Origin: Lama guanicoe
Lineage: Eukaryota
Assembly (NCBI GenBank): GCA_013239625.1
Contig: MU053661.1
Location: 1-64,000, forward strand
Direction: 5' to 3'
Length of the DNA: 64,000 nucleotides
The notes beneath the pieces are model-generated. The model ran no database searches and was not told the origin of the DNA. It worked only from the letters and a program-made list of their open reading frames with translations. A program made the position numbers and the translations under genes. Every line of letters starts with the position of its first letter. Within the stretch, counting starts at the first letter, position 1. Of this stretch, positions 1 through 10,756 are shown piece by piece.

Positions 1-589
1 AATATTTGAACTGAATCTTGAAAGGTGAAAGGAAGTTAGCTCTCTAATGTGTGGTAGAAGGAATGGACACTTCATGCAGAGAGGTAGAGACATATAAGGG
101 TACACGGCATGAAGCGGCTTGGCCAGACTGAAGAACAACAAGTAGGGCTAGAACAAAGTATCCAAGGTGGGAGTATCTGGTGCACAAGGCCTGTCACGAT
201 GGGTCTTGTGTGCTTAGACTTGAATGTATCCTTAAAGAAACAGGGATATATTGGAATATATGTAAGCAAGAGAATTGCATAAAGATTATGTTGAAGAAGA
301 TCTGGTTATTCTGGCAGCAGAATGGAAGATACTATTTTTGGGTGGAGGCCCATATTTTGGGGGGAAAGGATATTTCGGGGACCAGCCCAGGTAACCCAGA
401 CAACAAGCGGCACACGCCTGCAGAGTGGCCCTGGGCAGAGGGAGGGAGACATGGGCGGCGGAATTGGTGACTGCTGCAGAGGGGACTGCAGGGCCGGGGC
501 GGCAGGCCACAGAGCTGCTGAGGTGACTTTCCAGTGACACATCCAGAGAGCGGATCTGCAGGGGGAGTGTAAGTGGAGGAGCTGGTTTC

Positions 590-910
590 GAGGAGATGCT
601 TCTGTGTGTGGCATTTTGAGTGCGAAGTGTTTATGGGACATCTGAGGGCTGATGTCCATTGTTAACCTGGATTCACCAGTCAGGAGCTCAGAAGAGCTGT
701 GGGTGAGGCCGTGGGGGCAATTCAGTCCTGCCAAGCGGAGGATTGAAGACGAGGCCCTGGGGAAAAGGGCCACGTACATGGCAAATGGGAGAAGAGAAAT
801 CAACCAGGAGAAAGAAGTATAGCAGAGCAGTTGGGAGAAACTAGTTGAGGCAACACAGAGAAGGCTGTAACCTGGCTTAAGAGGGATTTGAACAGTGACT
901 AAAAGGAGCA
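590..910 (-). mobile_element. Degenerate L2 LINE fragment (mirror copy ~24590-24900)
   Basis: ttttgagtgcgaagtgtttatgggacatctgagggctgatgtcc...ggagctcagaagag resembles antisense L2; recognised by eye. Confidence 0.5.
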
Positions 911-3547
911 TAGTGAGAAAAGGGGGTGTGTTGGGCAAAAAAGCCAGGGCTAATGCCCACTTTTAATTGACAAGACGGGGGAAAAGGAGGAGGAGGACTA
1001 TACTTCGGTAGCCTTTAAAAAACTGATCTGTGTGTATCTGTGTTTGTGCATATGTGCACACACACTTTTCTGCCTGGGCTTTTTAAATTTGTTTACGTAA
1101 AACAAAAATTAAGGGAGGGAAACATTAAACAGAGAGGAAAATATTTGTCCACGGCAAAAGCTACCTGGTAATCAAATAAACAGGAGCTGAAAATGCCGAC
1201 AGGTTTGAAACATGCAGCCACCGGCAGTGCAACTACTGTCTCAGTGCCACAGTGAGGGCCATGGTGGCTGAAGGGATCTGAGCCCTGGAGGAGTCATCAG
1301 CACAGGCACTTCTCCAAGAAACTGGAATTTAAAGGGAAGAAGAAAGTGTAGAAAGTATCAGAGAGCAACACAGGGCCGTGGGAGAGGTTTGGGCGAGGGT
1401 TAGTTTTGTTTTACAGTGGGCGTTGCTGGCCTTGCTGAGTTGCTAGGCCTCTGCTCTTGTTGGTCTTTGTTCCAAAAGCTTTTTAGAATGTTCTTCTCGC
1501 TTGAAAATCTGAACAGATTAAATCATTTCAGCTTAGTTCTGGTGTTTTATTTTTTAATTAAAAAATTATCTGGAATTTATTTTAATATCATTAATGAGGA
1601 CACTGTACCAGGTCTTCCAATGATGTAGCTAATTACTCTAGTACTTGAATCCACTAATTTGAAGTGTCAGTTTTATAATATTAATAAAATCTCATAAGTA
1701 TCCACATCTGTTCTTGAAATGTAATCTATTTCATTCATACTCTCAGTGCACTGTTTCTATACTGTTTCCACGGCCATAAATTAATACCTCATAAAGTTGG
1801 TCCCATTTTATCCTTTTCCAGAATGTCCCTAATACTACAAATACAAACATCCCTCCTCATTATTTTATTTGTATATATGGGTATATTTCTGTAATAAATT
1901 TAGGATCACCTTTCAGATTTTTTTCTTAAATCCATTTGGGATTATTAACTAAATTTGCATTCAGATTCTAAATTTATTTTGGAGAAAAAATGTTCTATGT
2001 CCCTCAAACTTGAGTCTGTCCGGTGAAGAGGATGGTGCATTCTACTGTTCATTCAATCAACATTTTTTAAAGTCATTTATCAGAATCATCTTAACATTTT
2101 TCATTAATTTATTTCTGAATAGTCTGTGCCTTTGTTGTCATTATAAATGATATCTTTTCTGGGTTTTGAACTGGGTTGATTGCTAATAAAGTCTTAATTT
2201 CTGGCTTCTCTTGAATAAGAAGGAGATTTGACAGTGTGGGGCCCTATTTCCAATATGGTGACTGTGAGCAGTGTGTTTCATTAGAATCTCCACCTGCCAA
2301 ATGGCCAGTGGCTGCACCCAATCCCCACATTTCTGCTACTTACCTGCCCCCTGTAGGCAGATGAGTTCATGTAGGGTTAGGTGGGTTTTGGACACAGATA
2401 CTGACATCACTGCTGCCACACTGCTGACACTCTGTTGTCACTAACTCTGGTTCTTGCTTTCTGACCTCCCTGAATATGACAGCTCCTTTTGGGCTGTGGA
2501 CATGAGGCATCATTCCAGCACTGTTGGCTTTTCTGCAACACACCCCTGCCTCTCAGGTCAGAAGCAAATGTCAGCTCCTCCTACCCATCCACCCCATTCA
2601 CGGTCTTGCCGTTCCTGGCCAGAGTGGTCCCTACCCCTTGACTGAGAAGTAACACTAAAGGGACTATAAATTTGCCTCTCATCCAATGTCTTAGTTACAT
2701 ACCTGTTCTAGTTTACATTAAAGGTCTTCCAGTTAGGAGGGGAGGGTCTAAAAGTCTTTTAGATCTCCTGCCTTATCATTTCTACCCACTCCCCTACTCC
2801 ATGGAACAGCTTACCACAGATCTCTGCTGCCCCGTCTGTAGCAATGCCCTGTAAATTACAGACAGAGAGAAAAGAACTTCTAAGCCACCACCATAACATT
2901 GACTTCCTGTGACCACACAGACCATAGAAATATCAAGATAAAAATTCCTGAAGAAAGATATTTTGCTTAGGAAGGCACTTTAATTGCATACCTTACTGTT
3001 ACTTCTAATAACTTCATAGACTCTCTGAATGTGCTGCACTCACCTTCCCAGACTCAAGGGAACTTGCTCACTTGCCTATTTACAGTGCATTTCCTCCAAC
3101 ATTCTCTATGCAGAGCTTTCCCAAAGGTACATTTCTTATTTCTATTTAAATTGTTAGATACATCCACAATATCCTTTTTTTAATCCTCAATTACAAATCA
3201 TCTTCCAAGATTGTATTATTTCAACACTGAGAGTGAATAATATGCTTCAAGATTCCCAAGTTTGTTACCAGCAAATAACTATGATTGGTTGAAGATTTTT
3301 AAGTATGTTATTCCTACTAAGGGTATATACGTGAAAGAAACAGGTTGTAATGAGTCTTCTTCCGAGAGATGTTATATTTGCCTTTTGTTTGGATTCTTTC
3401 ACTGTTGAACATTATTATTACCATGAATGTCTTTTCTCTTTGGGATTTAGTTCACCATTTGCCCCTCTCTCTTTACAGGAGTAAAGGAATTGATGTTGTC
3501 CTTCCATCCATCCACTACTCCATGTTGTGTGTCCATTCCTTCAACAG

Positions 3548-3754
3548 ATATTCAGTTTGGGTTCACCACCTTATCTGTGACCTCTTTCCAGTGGCCCCTC
3601 TGTTGGCTCTGGAGAACAATATATTGGATATCATAGTGGTTATGTGGAAACTTGACTACCCAGTATAGACGCATGGTGCCAGAAAAAGCCAAGGACATCG
3701 CAGCGCAGTAGCCAACCGTGCAAGGAACAGCAATTCTGGCTGTGGTGGACCAGT
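3548..3754 (+). pseudogene. ANO6: ANO6 exon 17 pseudo-exon, left-arm copy (207 bp)
   Basis: ccttcaacAG|atattcagtttgggttc...gtggaccagt|GTgagt. Reads IQFGFTTL..FPVAPLLALENNILDI..WK..TTQYRRMVPEKAKDIAAQ*PTVQGTAILAVV versus ANO6 [68 protein letters not shown]. Three 1-bp indels and a TAG stop. Confidence 0.95.
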
Positions 3755-6439
3755 GTGAGTAGAAAGGCTCCATGGGCTGAAGACCTTGAAGAGTCCAAAA
3801 ATGCATTGGTGTTGCTTCCTAAGGAATCCAGTGTTGGGTATTGTTTAATATGAGAGGGAGATGCTAACACTATCATCGTTTTAATGACATAGTTGTAACT
3901 GTAATTGTTATTATTTTTAATAAGTTTTCTTATAATTTTTATTTGTGACTTACAAGAACACTTACAGAGGTAGTTGTTAAGAAGCGTGGCCATTATACTG
4001 TTGCTGAAGTGCTAATTCAGTAGAAGCATGGAAATAACATCAATAAGTTTTCACTCTTTTGATCCTCACATGACTATAAAGGTTACCCAGCAGTGCTTGT
4101 ATAATGGAGATAGAAATCTATCCATTTAAGAGTTTTTAGAACCTAAAATAAGGGCAGTCATTTCACTGTATTTAAACATATATTCCAGAGTATCAGTTTA
4201 AAGTAGGAACTACCTGATGAGGCCATACATGCCCTTTGTGCATCCCCAATCATTCATTACCTTCCTGGACCCCTGGGGCAGAGGTTCTTCCAGAAGTTGG
4301 TCCCATCTCTCCTCCCTACCCTACTCTTTTCATTTGCTACACACTGCTCGTCATTAGCTAAGCATCTTCATGTCCTGCATCTGTCTGAGCTGTGAGGGAA
4401 CAGAACTCAGCTGTTTACAAAGTGTAGTGACAATGACCTGTCTGAACAGTCCCTCTCCGTCCCTTCCCACACCCCCACAGGGCAACAGGGGGCTCGCAAC
4501 CACAGCGATTCCCATGCCAGCCCATCAGGGAAACTTCTTCCCTAGAAATATTCTTACAACCAGGGCTGTTTCCTCCCTTATTTCACTGCCAGTTTCACTC
4601 CCAGGTTGCAGTCCCCAACAAAAGGCTATCCCAGTTTGAATTCCTTAATCAAATCACATTGACCCTGAGTCCCTGGCATTTTCTTATGAGCACTCAGAAA
4701 CAGAACAGGGCCTGGCAGTGGCTGTGGGACTGTTTCCTGGCTGAGGGAACTTGCTGGGCCCTTCAGGTTCTGTAGCCTGGCCCGAGCTCAGCTCCCAGCA
4801 CGGCGTCTTCCCATCTTCATGATTTCGGGCCAGGCCTCAAAAGTTCAGAGCTTCACTTTATCATCTGCAAACAGAATAATTGCCTGCTGCATATTTTAAG
4901 ACTGCTATGTACCACAAAGGGTGCTTAGGGAATTCAGTGAGTCAATGCATGGAAGTCACACAACCTGGTCCTCAGGGAATGTTAGTTATCTTCATTATGC
5001 ACCATCGATAAAATTGGCTGCACAGACTTGGCCAGGTATCATAGCTACAGGCACAAGAATTTGACAATGTGTCCCTGTCTGGATCATAGTCACAAGTTTA
5101 GACAGTAAAACAAGCTACCTGGGACCACCCAGCTGTCAGCCCACCCAACTCCCCACCCCAAGATCCCTCAATTTATCTGATTTGCTTGCTACCACTACTT
5201 TTTGGAGAAAGTGGGCAAATCACACACAGTCACTGACTGCTAGCTTATGTCCATTCCCATTCACTAAAATTGCCCCAATTTCAGTATCCACTGTGCTGCA
5301 AAACATAGACTAATGTTCAGAAATATGACAGCAAGGCCTTTCCCATTTCACAGTCAGAGAAGTGTTAATGTGTCATGTTTAATATGGCATATGACACTAA
5401 GCAAGTCAGGAAAACAGGCTCCTGTGCTTTAAGAAAATTTTTGGTAATGACGTTTGAAACTAAAAGTGTTTTTGTTTGACCTTCAGCTAACCAGAAAATT
5501 CAATTGACTCCTATTACCCATTACACAGGTGTCGTGGTTTCATTGTATTAGGCACTTTTCCCTCATCCCCCCAGCATGACTGCTCCATCAGCACAAATGG
5601 AATGTCTCCAAGGCTGCTCCGTGTGCATGGGCATGTGTGTGCACACATGGGCCCCCACTGATTGGTGCCACTGATTCAGATCCAGGAGTTGTTCTGTCTT
5701 ATAACTCAAGCTTTGCTTTATTATATCCTAGAGAACTGCTTTTAGGTCATTGATTGAACTATAGACCATCCTCTTTCCCTTATTAGGAAGTGACATCTTC
5801 AAAGACACAGGTCCCATGTGCTTGTATATAAGTATAAGTAAGAAGTAAATATGTATGTCATCCCCACACATATTTAATTAGTGCCTTCCCAGTTGAATGT
5901 GCACAGTAAAGGCTAACTTCCCATAACAGGAGAATTTTAGGAAGAAAGAAGAATGAATTAGCCACCAGGGAGAAGACAGGACAACAAGTAGGAGTTTGGT
6001 ATAAAATCATTTACTCTAAAGCTGTTCTGGCTCAATAATTAAGTGGAATTGACATTGTTGTATCATGCCAGAGCATCTGCTATTGAAGACCGATTTTAAT
6101 TGACTTTGATGTAAGTGGAAAATTGTGTCAGAACAGCATGGGAAATGAAGCACACTGCATCTATCTGTACTCCTGAAGTGTGTCTCAGAGATGCTCAGTT
6201 TGAGGAAAAGTATCTTGTCTGGAGACAATACAATTATTTTCATTGTTGGAATTTTTCTAGCTTCCAGAAGCACATCTGCAGGTGATTCTGTAAAAGTCTA
6301 GAGTTGACTTAAATAGCAGGAAATTTTAGCCTATTGAAATCAGGAGTAGTGAAATATTTTTGCCTACCACCACCACCACCAGTAAAGCACGTGTACACCC
6401 AGAGAGATTTCACATAAGACGGAATGACAAAGCTGGTTC

Positions 6440-6960
6440 TGTTACCGAGGCCAAACTTGTTCTGCTCGCTGCACAACAGTGATAAAAACAATAAATCAGG
6501 AGACAAGGCTTTGGGGCAAGGAATAGTAACTTTATTCAGAAAGCTGGCAAACCAAGAAGAAGGTGGACTAATGTCCTGGAGAATCATCTTGCCCAAGTCA
6601 GAATTCAGGCTCCTATTAAGATAAAAAGGGGAGCGGGAGTGGTTGGCTGTGCAAACTTCTTGTTGCAGGCATTCTTTGTTCCTGCAGCCATCCATGTGGG
6701 TCAGGCTGTGGTGTCCCTGTAAACCTCCAACAAAACAAAGGCTATTATATATTTTGCAATTTGCCATCCCTGCGTAAGTGCAGAAGTGCTAACATCCTTG
6801 AAGGTCTGACCCCGAGAATAGACCTTCCTGTAGGTTTTAGGCTAAAGGCAACGTTGTATTTAAAGGTGCAGAGCCAGCAAGATTAAGCCTGAAATCAGGG
6901 CACAGTGCTTCAAATTAAATGAACAGATCCAATGTGGCATCAAATTTGTTCTCGATTACA
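6440..6960 (-). mobile_element. Solo ERV1-type LTR, 521 bp (left-arm copy)
   Basis: TG...CA termini and AATAAA on the minus strand near 6530. The mirror copy at 18582-19102 retains a 4-bp target-site duplication. Confidence 0.85.
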
Positions 6961-7248
6961 ATTTTAGTTAGGGGAAATTTTGCAGCAGAAAGTTCCCTCA
7001 GTTGATTTTCTTGCTTTGCCTGAGATATTGTTTGTTGGCTTGTGGTCTCATGGTGTCTAAACTGTATGTTTAGATGAATACTATTAAAATCATATGGTGC
7101 AGAAAACATATCTGTTCTGCTTCAAAAAGTGACTGAAACATTTAGCTTTGTTTATTCCCAAAGAATTTGGATTAATTATATTCTCGATTTTCTTCTTCCT
7201 TCCAAACAGTTTTTTACTGAAGGGTTTAAAGCCCAAACTACAGAATTT

Positions 7249-7408
7249 TGCAGGGAAATACATACAAAATATTATGATAACTCACAGAGAAAAGAATGTG
7301 ATAATGAGTGTGTATATGTCCATGAATGACTGAAAAATTGTGCTGAACACTGGAATTTGAAACAACATTGTAAAATGATTATAAATCAATAAAAAATGTT
7401 TAAAGAAA
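7249..7408 (+). mobile_element. 5'-truncated L1 3' end (~160 bp), present only in the left arm
   Basis: gtgtatatgtccatgaatgactgaaaaattgtgctgaacactgg...acaacattgtaaaatgattataaatcaataaaaa with an A-rich tail. Flanked by direct repeat agaattt (7242-7248, 7409-7415); empty site in the right arm at ~18300. Confidence 0.88.
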
Positions 7409-8402
7409 AGAATTTAGGAGAAGACTCATGTAATTCATAAGAGCTTTACATCAGAATTTAACACTGACCTATATTTATACTTTTAATCAAGGAACACTAT
7501 AAACTTTGTTACTCGATCATTTATGGCGTTTTTAATTTTGTCCATGTAATCTTTAGGATGTTGAGAGACTTAGACATCTGATCGATCAAAACAGGGATCA
7601 TTTCTTGACTCTGTGAATGAAAGAATCTCAGTATAGTTTCCTGCAAGTATATTTTATTAAAAATAATAAGGAATTCTTGCTCTCTAATAAAGCAACCGAC
7701 AGAAGCAGATACACAGTGTTTAAAATAAATCAGACTATGGGTTAACTTATCTAAACAAGTCAAGATAGTTAAGGGAACAAAGTATGAACTTGAAGGAAAA
7801 TACATACTGTGTAATTAATATCCTATTTTTAAGAAGCAAATGATAAAAAGTCTAATATTTAATCATTTATAGAGAAAGTACTTATATAAAGCAAACTTAT
7901 TTTCATAAAAGTTACCTAAACCATTGGGCTATCAAAACTACATTATTAAAGAATAAATTATACCAAAAAGATCACCAAGGTTGATTGATTTTCATAATGT
8001 TTATAATTTTTGAAAATATAACTTACATATAACATATGCAAGCAGCCCTTCAGTTATCCACAGTACCCTAGTCTACAGTTATTCCTACTGTATTTAAAAC
8101 AAGTAATAGACAAGTTTCAGGCCCTTGCTTTTGAACTGCCACTGGAATTCTGGATATTCCCTCAGGTTAAAGACCAAAAGCAAAGTAACAATTCTACGTT
8201 AAAGCAGTGCTCAAAGAATTTAAGACATTCATTGTCTATGTCCAGTTACAGGAAAGAATTAAGATTTCTGAACCTTAAAAAAAAGAAATCTACTGCTGAA
8301 AATGAAATTATGTCATGTATGCTGCCCATAACAATACAGGCTATAAATTAATGCTCCCTTTACTGTTTTCCTACCAACATAGGATACGATCATTGCTTTC
8401 AA

Positions 8403-10755
8403 ATTCCATTTATGCTAGATGAAAGAAAGCTTCTCCACATGCACCATTCTGACAGTTGAGTGTGTGTGAAAGCAGTCAATCAACTAGCTTGTAGGGAACA
8501 CAAAGTTTTTTTCAGTGAGAAAATACACGACATAAATATATATGGGGAGTTACTAGCTCCCACTCGGTTTTACAGAGAAAAATGCATGAACTTGAAACTG
8601 ACACTTAGAAACATACTGAGAAAACACATTAAGTGTTTCTATGGCTCCTCAATCCCTTTATGCTACGTTAACGAATGTGTCTTCACATGCTCAATTCTGA
8701 GAGTTGAATGTGCGTGTAATCGGTCATTGACATACCTTGAAAGGAACACATAGTTTATTTAGAGTGTGGAATAAAACTACACATATATATATGGATAGGA
8801 ACAAACTTCAACATGGTTTTACACTGAAAACTGCATGAATTTCAAACCGGCACTAGAAAACATACTTAGAAATCGCAGAAAGTGCTTTTATTGTTACAAT
8901 ATCCATTTATGCTACGTGAATGTACGCCTCTACACATGTTCAATTCTGAGACTCGAATGTGTGTGAAAGTCATCAATCAACAAGCTTGTTGGGAACACAA
9001 AGTTACTTTTGAGTTGGACACACCACTACATATATACATAAGGGGAGGAACAAGTTCCAACACGGTTTTACACTGAAAACTGCAGGAACTTCAAACCGGC
9101 TCTTGGAAACAGACTGAGAAAACAGAGTACGTGTTTTCCCAACAAAACTTACCCTTTGTGCTAGATGAACGAACGTCTCTCCACATGCTCAGTTCTGAGA
9201 GATAAGTGTGTGTGAAAGCCGTCCTCCACATTGCTTGTAGGCAACACAAAGTTCTTTTCAGTTGCAAACTCCAATACATGCATATATATAAGGAGGTTCA
9301 AGCTCCAAATCCCTTTTACAGAAAAAACTGAAGGAACTTCAATCTGGAACTTGGAAATAGTCTCAGAAACCAGAGTAAATTATTCTCTTGTAACCCATTC
9401 CCTTTGTGCTAGATAAACGAACATCTCTCCACATGCTCAGTTCTGAGAGATAAGTGTGTGTGAAAGCCGTCCTTCACCTAGCTTGAAGGGAACACAAAGT
9501 TTCTTTTCAGTTGCAACCCCACTACATAAAAATACATGGGGAGGTACAAGCTCCAACTCGGTTTTACAGTGAAATCTGCAGGAACTTCAAACCGGAACTA
9601 CGAAAAAGACTTAGTAACCACAAAAATTGACTCTCCTGCAACCCGTTTCCTTTGTGCTAGATGAACGGACGTCTCTCCACTTGCTCAGTTCTGAGAGATA
9701 AGTGTGTGTGAAAGCCTTACTTCACATTACTTGTTGGGAACTCAAAGTTTCTTTTAAGTTGCAAACTCCACTACATGCATATATATGGAGAAGTACAAGC
9801 TCCAAATCTGTTTTACAGTGCAAACTGCAGGAACTTCAAACCGGCACTAGGAAACAGACTTAGAAATCAGAGTAATTGTTTCTTCTGCAACCCGTTCCTT
9901 TCTGCTAGTAAAACGAAAGTCTCTCCACATGCTCAGTTATGACAGATAAGTTTGTGTGAAAGCCGTACTTCATTTAACTTGTTGGGAACACAAAGTTTCT
10001 TTTCTGTTGCAAATTCCGCTACATACTTATATATGGGGAGGTACAAGCTCCAACTCGGTTTTACAGTGAAAACTGTTGGAACTTCAAACCGGCACTAGGG
10101 AAGAGACTCAGAAACCAGAGTAAGTGTTTCTCATGCAACTCAATCATTGAGCTAGATGAACGAACATCTCTCCTCATGCTCAGTTCTGAGAGATAAGTGT
10201 GTTTGATAGCCGTACTTCATCTTGCTTTTTGGGAACACATAGTTTCGTTTCCGTTGGAAACTACACTCCATAAATAGATATGGGGAGGTACTAGCTCCAA
10301 CTCGGTTTTACAGTGAAAACTGCATTCACTTGAACCCGGCACTAGGAAAAAGGCTGAGAAGTAAGTGTTTCCCCTTCAACCATTTCTCTTTGTGCTAGAA
10401 TAAGTAAGGTCTCTCTAGATGGTCAGTTCTGAGAGATAATTGTGTGTGAAAGCCTTCCTTACCCTAGCTTGTTGGGAACACAGCTTCTTTCCCATTGGAA
10501 ACTACACTCCATATATATGTATTGATAGGTATGAAGTTCAAACCTTTTTTACAGTGAAAACTGCATGAAGTTCAAACCGGCACTAGGAAACAGACTGAGA
10601 AACCAGAGTAATTGTTTCTCCTGCAACCCGTTCCCTTTGTGCTGGATGAACGAACGTCTCTCCACATGCTCAGTTCTGAGAGATAAGTGTTTGTGAAAGC
10701 CGACCTTCACCTAGCCTGTTGGGAACACAACCTTTGTTTTCAGTTGTAAACTACA
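8403..10755 (+). repeat. Satellite array, ~248-249 bp monomer, ~9.5 copies, forward orientation
   Basis: Motif gaacttcaa recurs at 9086, 9334, 9582, 9831 and 10079 (spacing 248-249). Monomer: ttttacagtgaaaactgcaggaacttcaaaccggcactaggaaacagactgagaaaccagagtaagtgtttctcctgcaacccgttcc...ggtacaagctccaactcgg. Confidence 0.97.
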
Positions 10756-10756
10756 A

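Larger units (their letters stand above)
1..9000 (+). repeat. Left arm of a large inverted duplication; probably extends beyond the left window edge
   Basis: Bases 1-13 (aatatttgaactg) are the reverse complement of 25501-25513. Collinear reverse-complement matches continue through mirrored ORF pairs (322..537/24975..25190, 1416..1628/23891..24103, 4370..4639/20907..21167) into the first ~2.5 satellite monomers. Confidence 0.97.

Noticed and set aside
306..938. 210-aa ORF as a real CDS
   Set aside because: No recognisable protein, it overlaps L2-like sequence in an ANO6 intron, and the mirror copy is split into 24549..24839 and 24898..25206.
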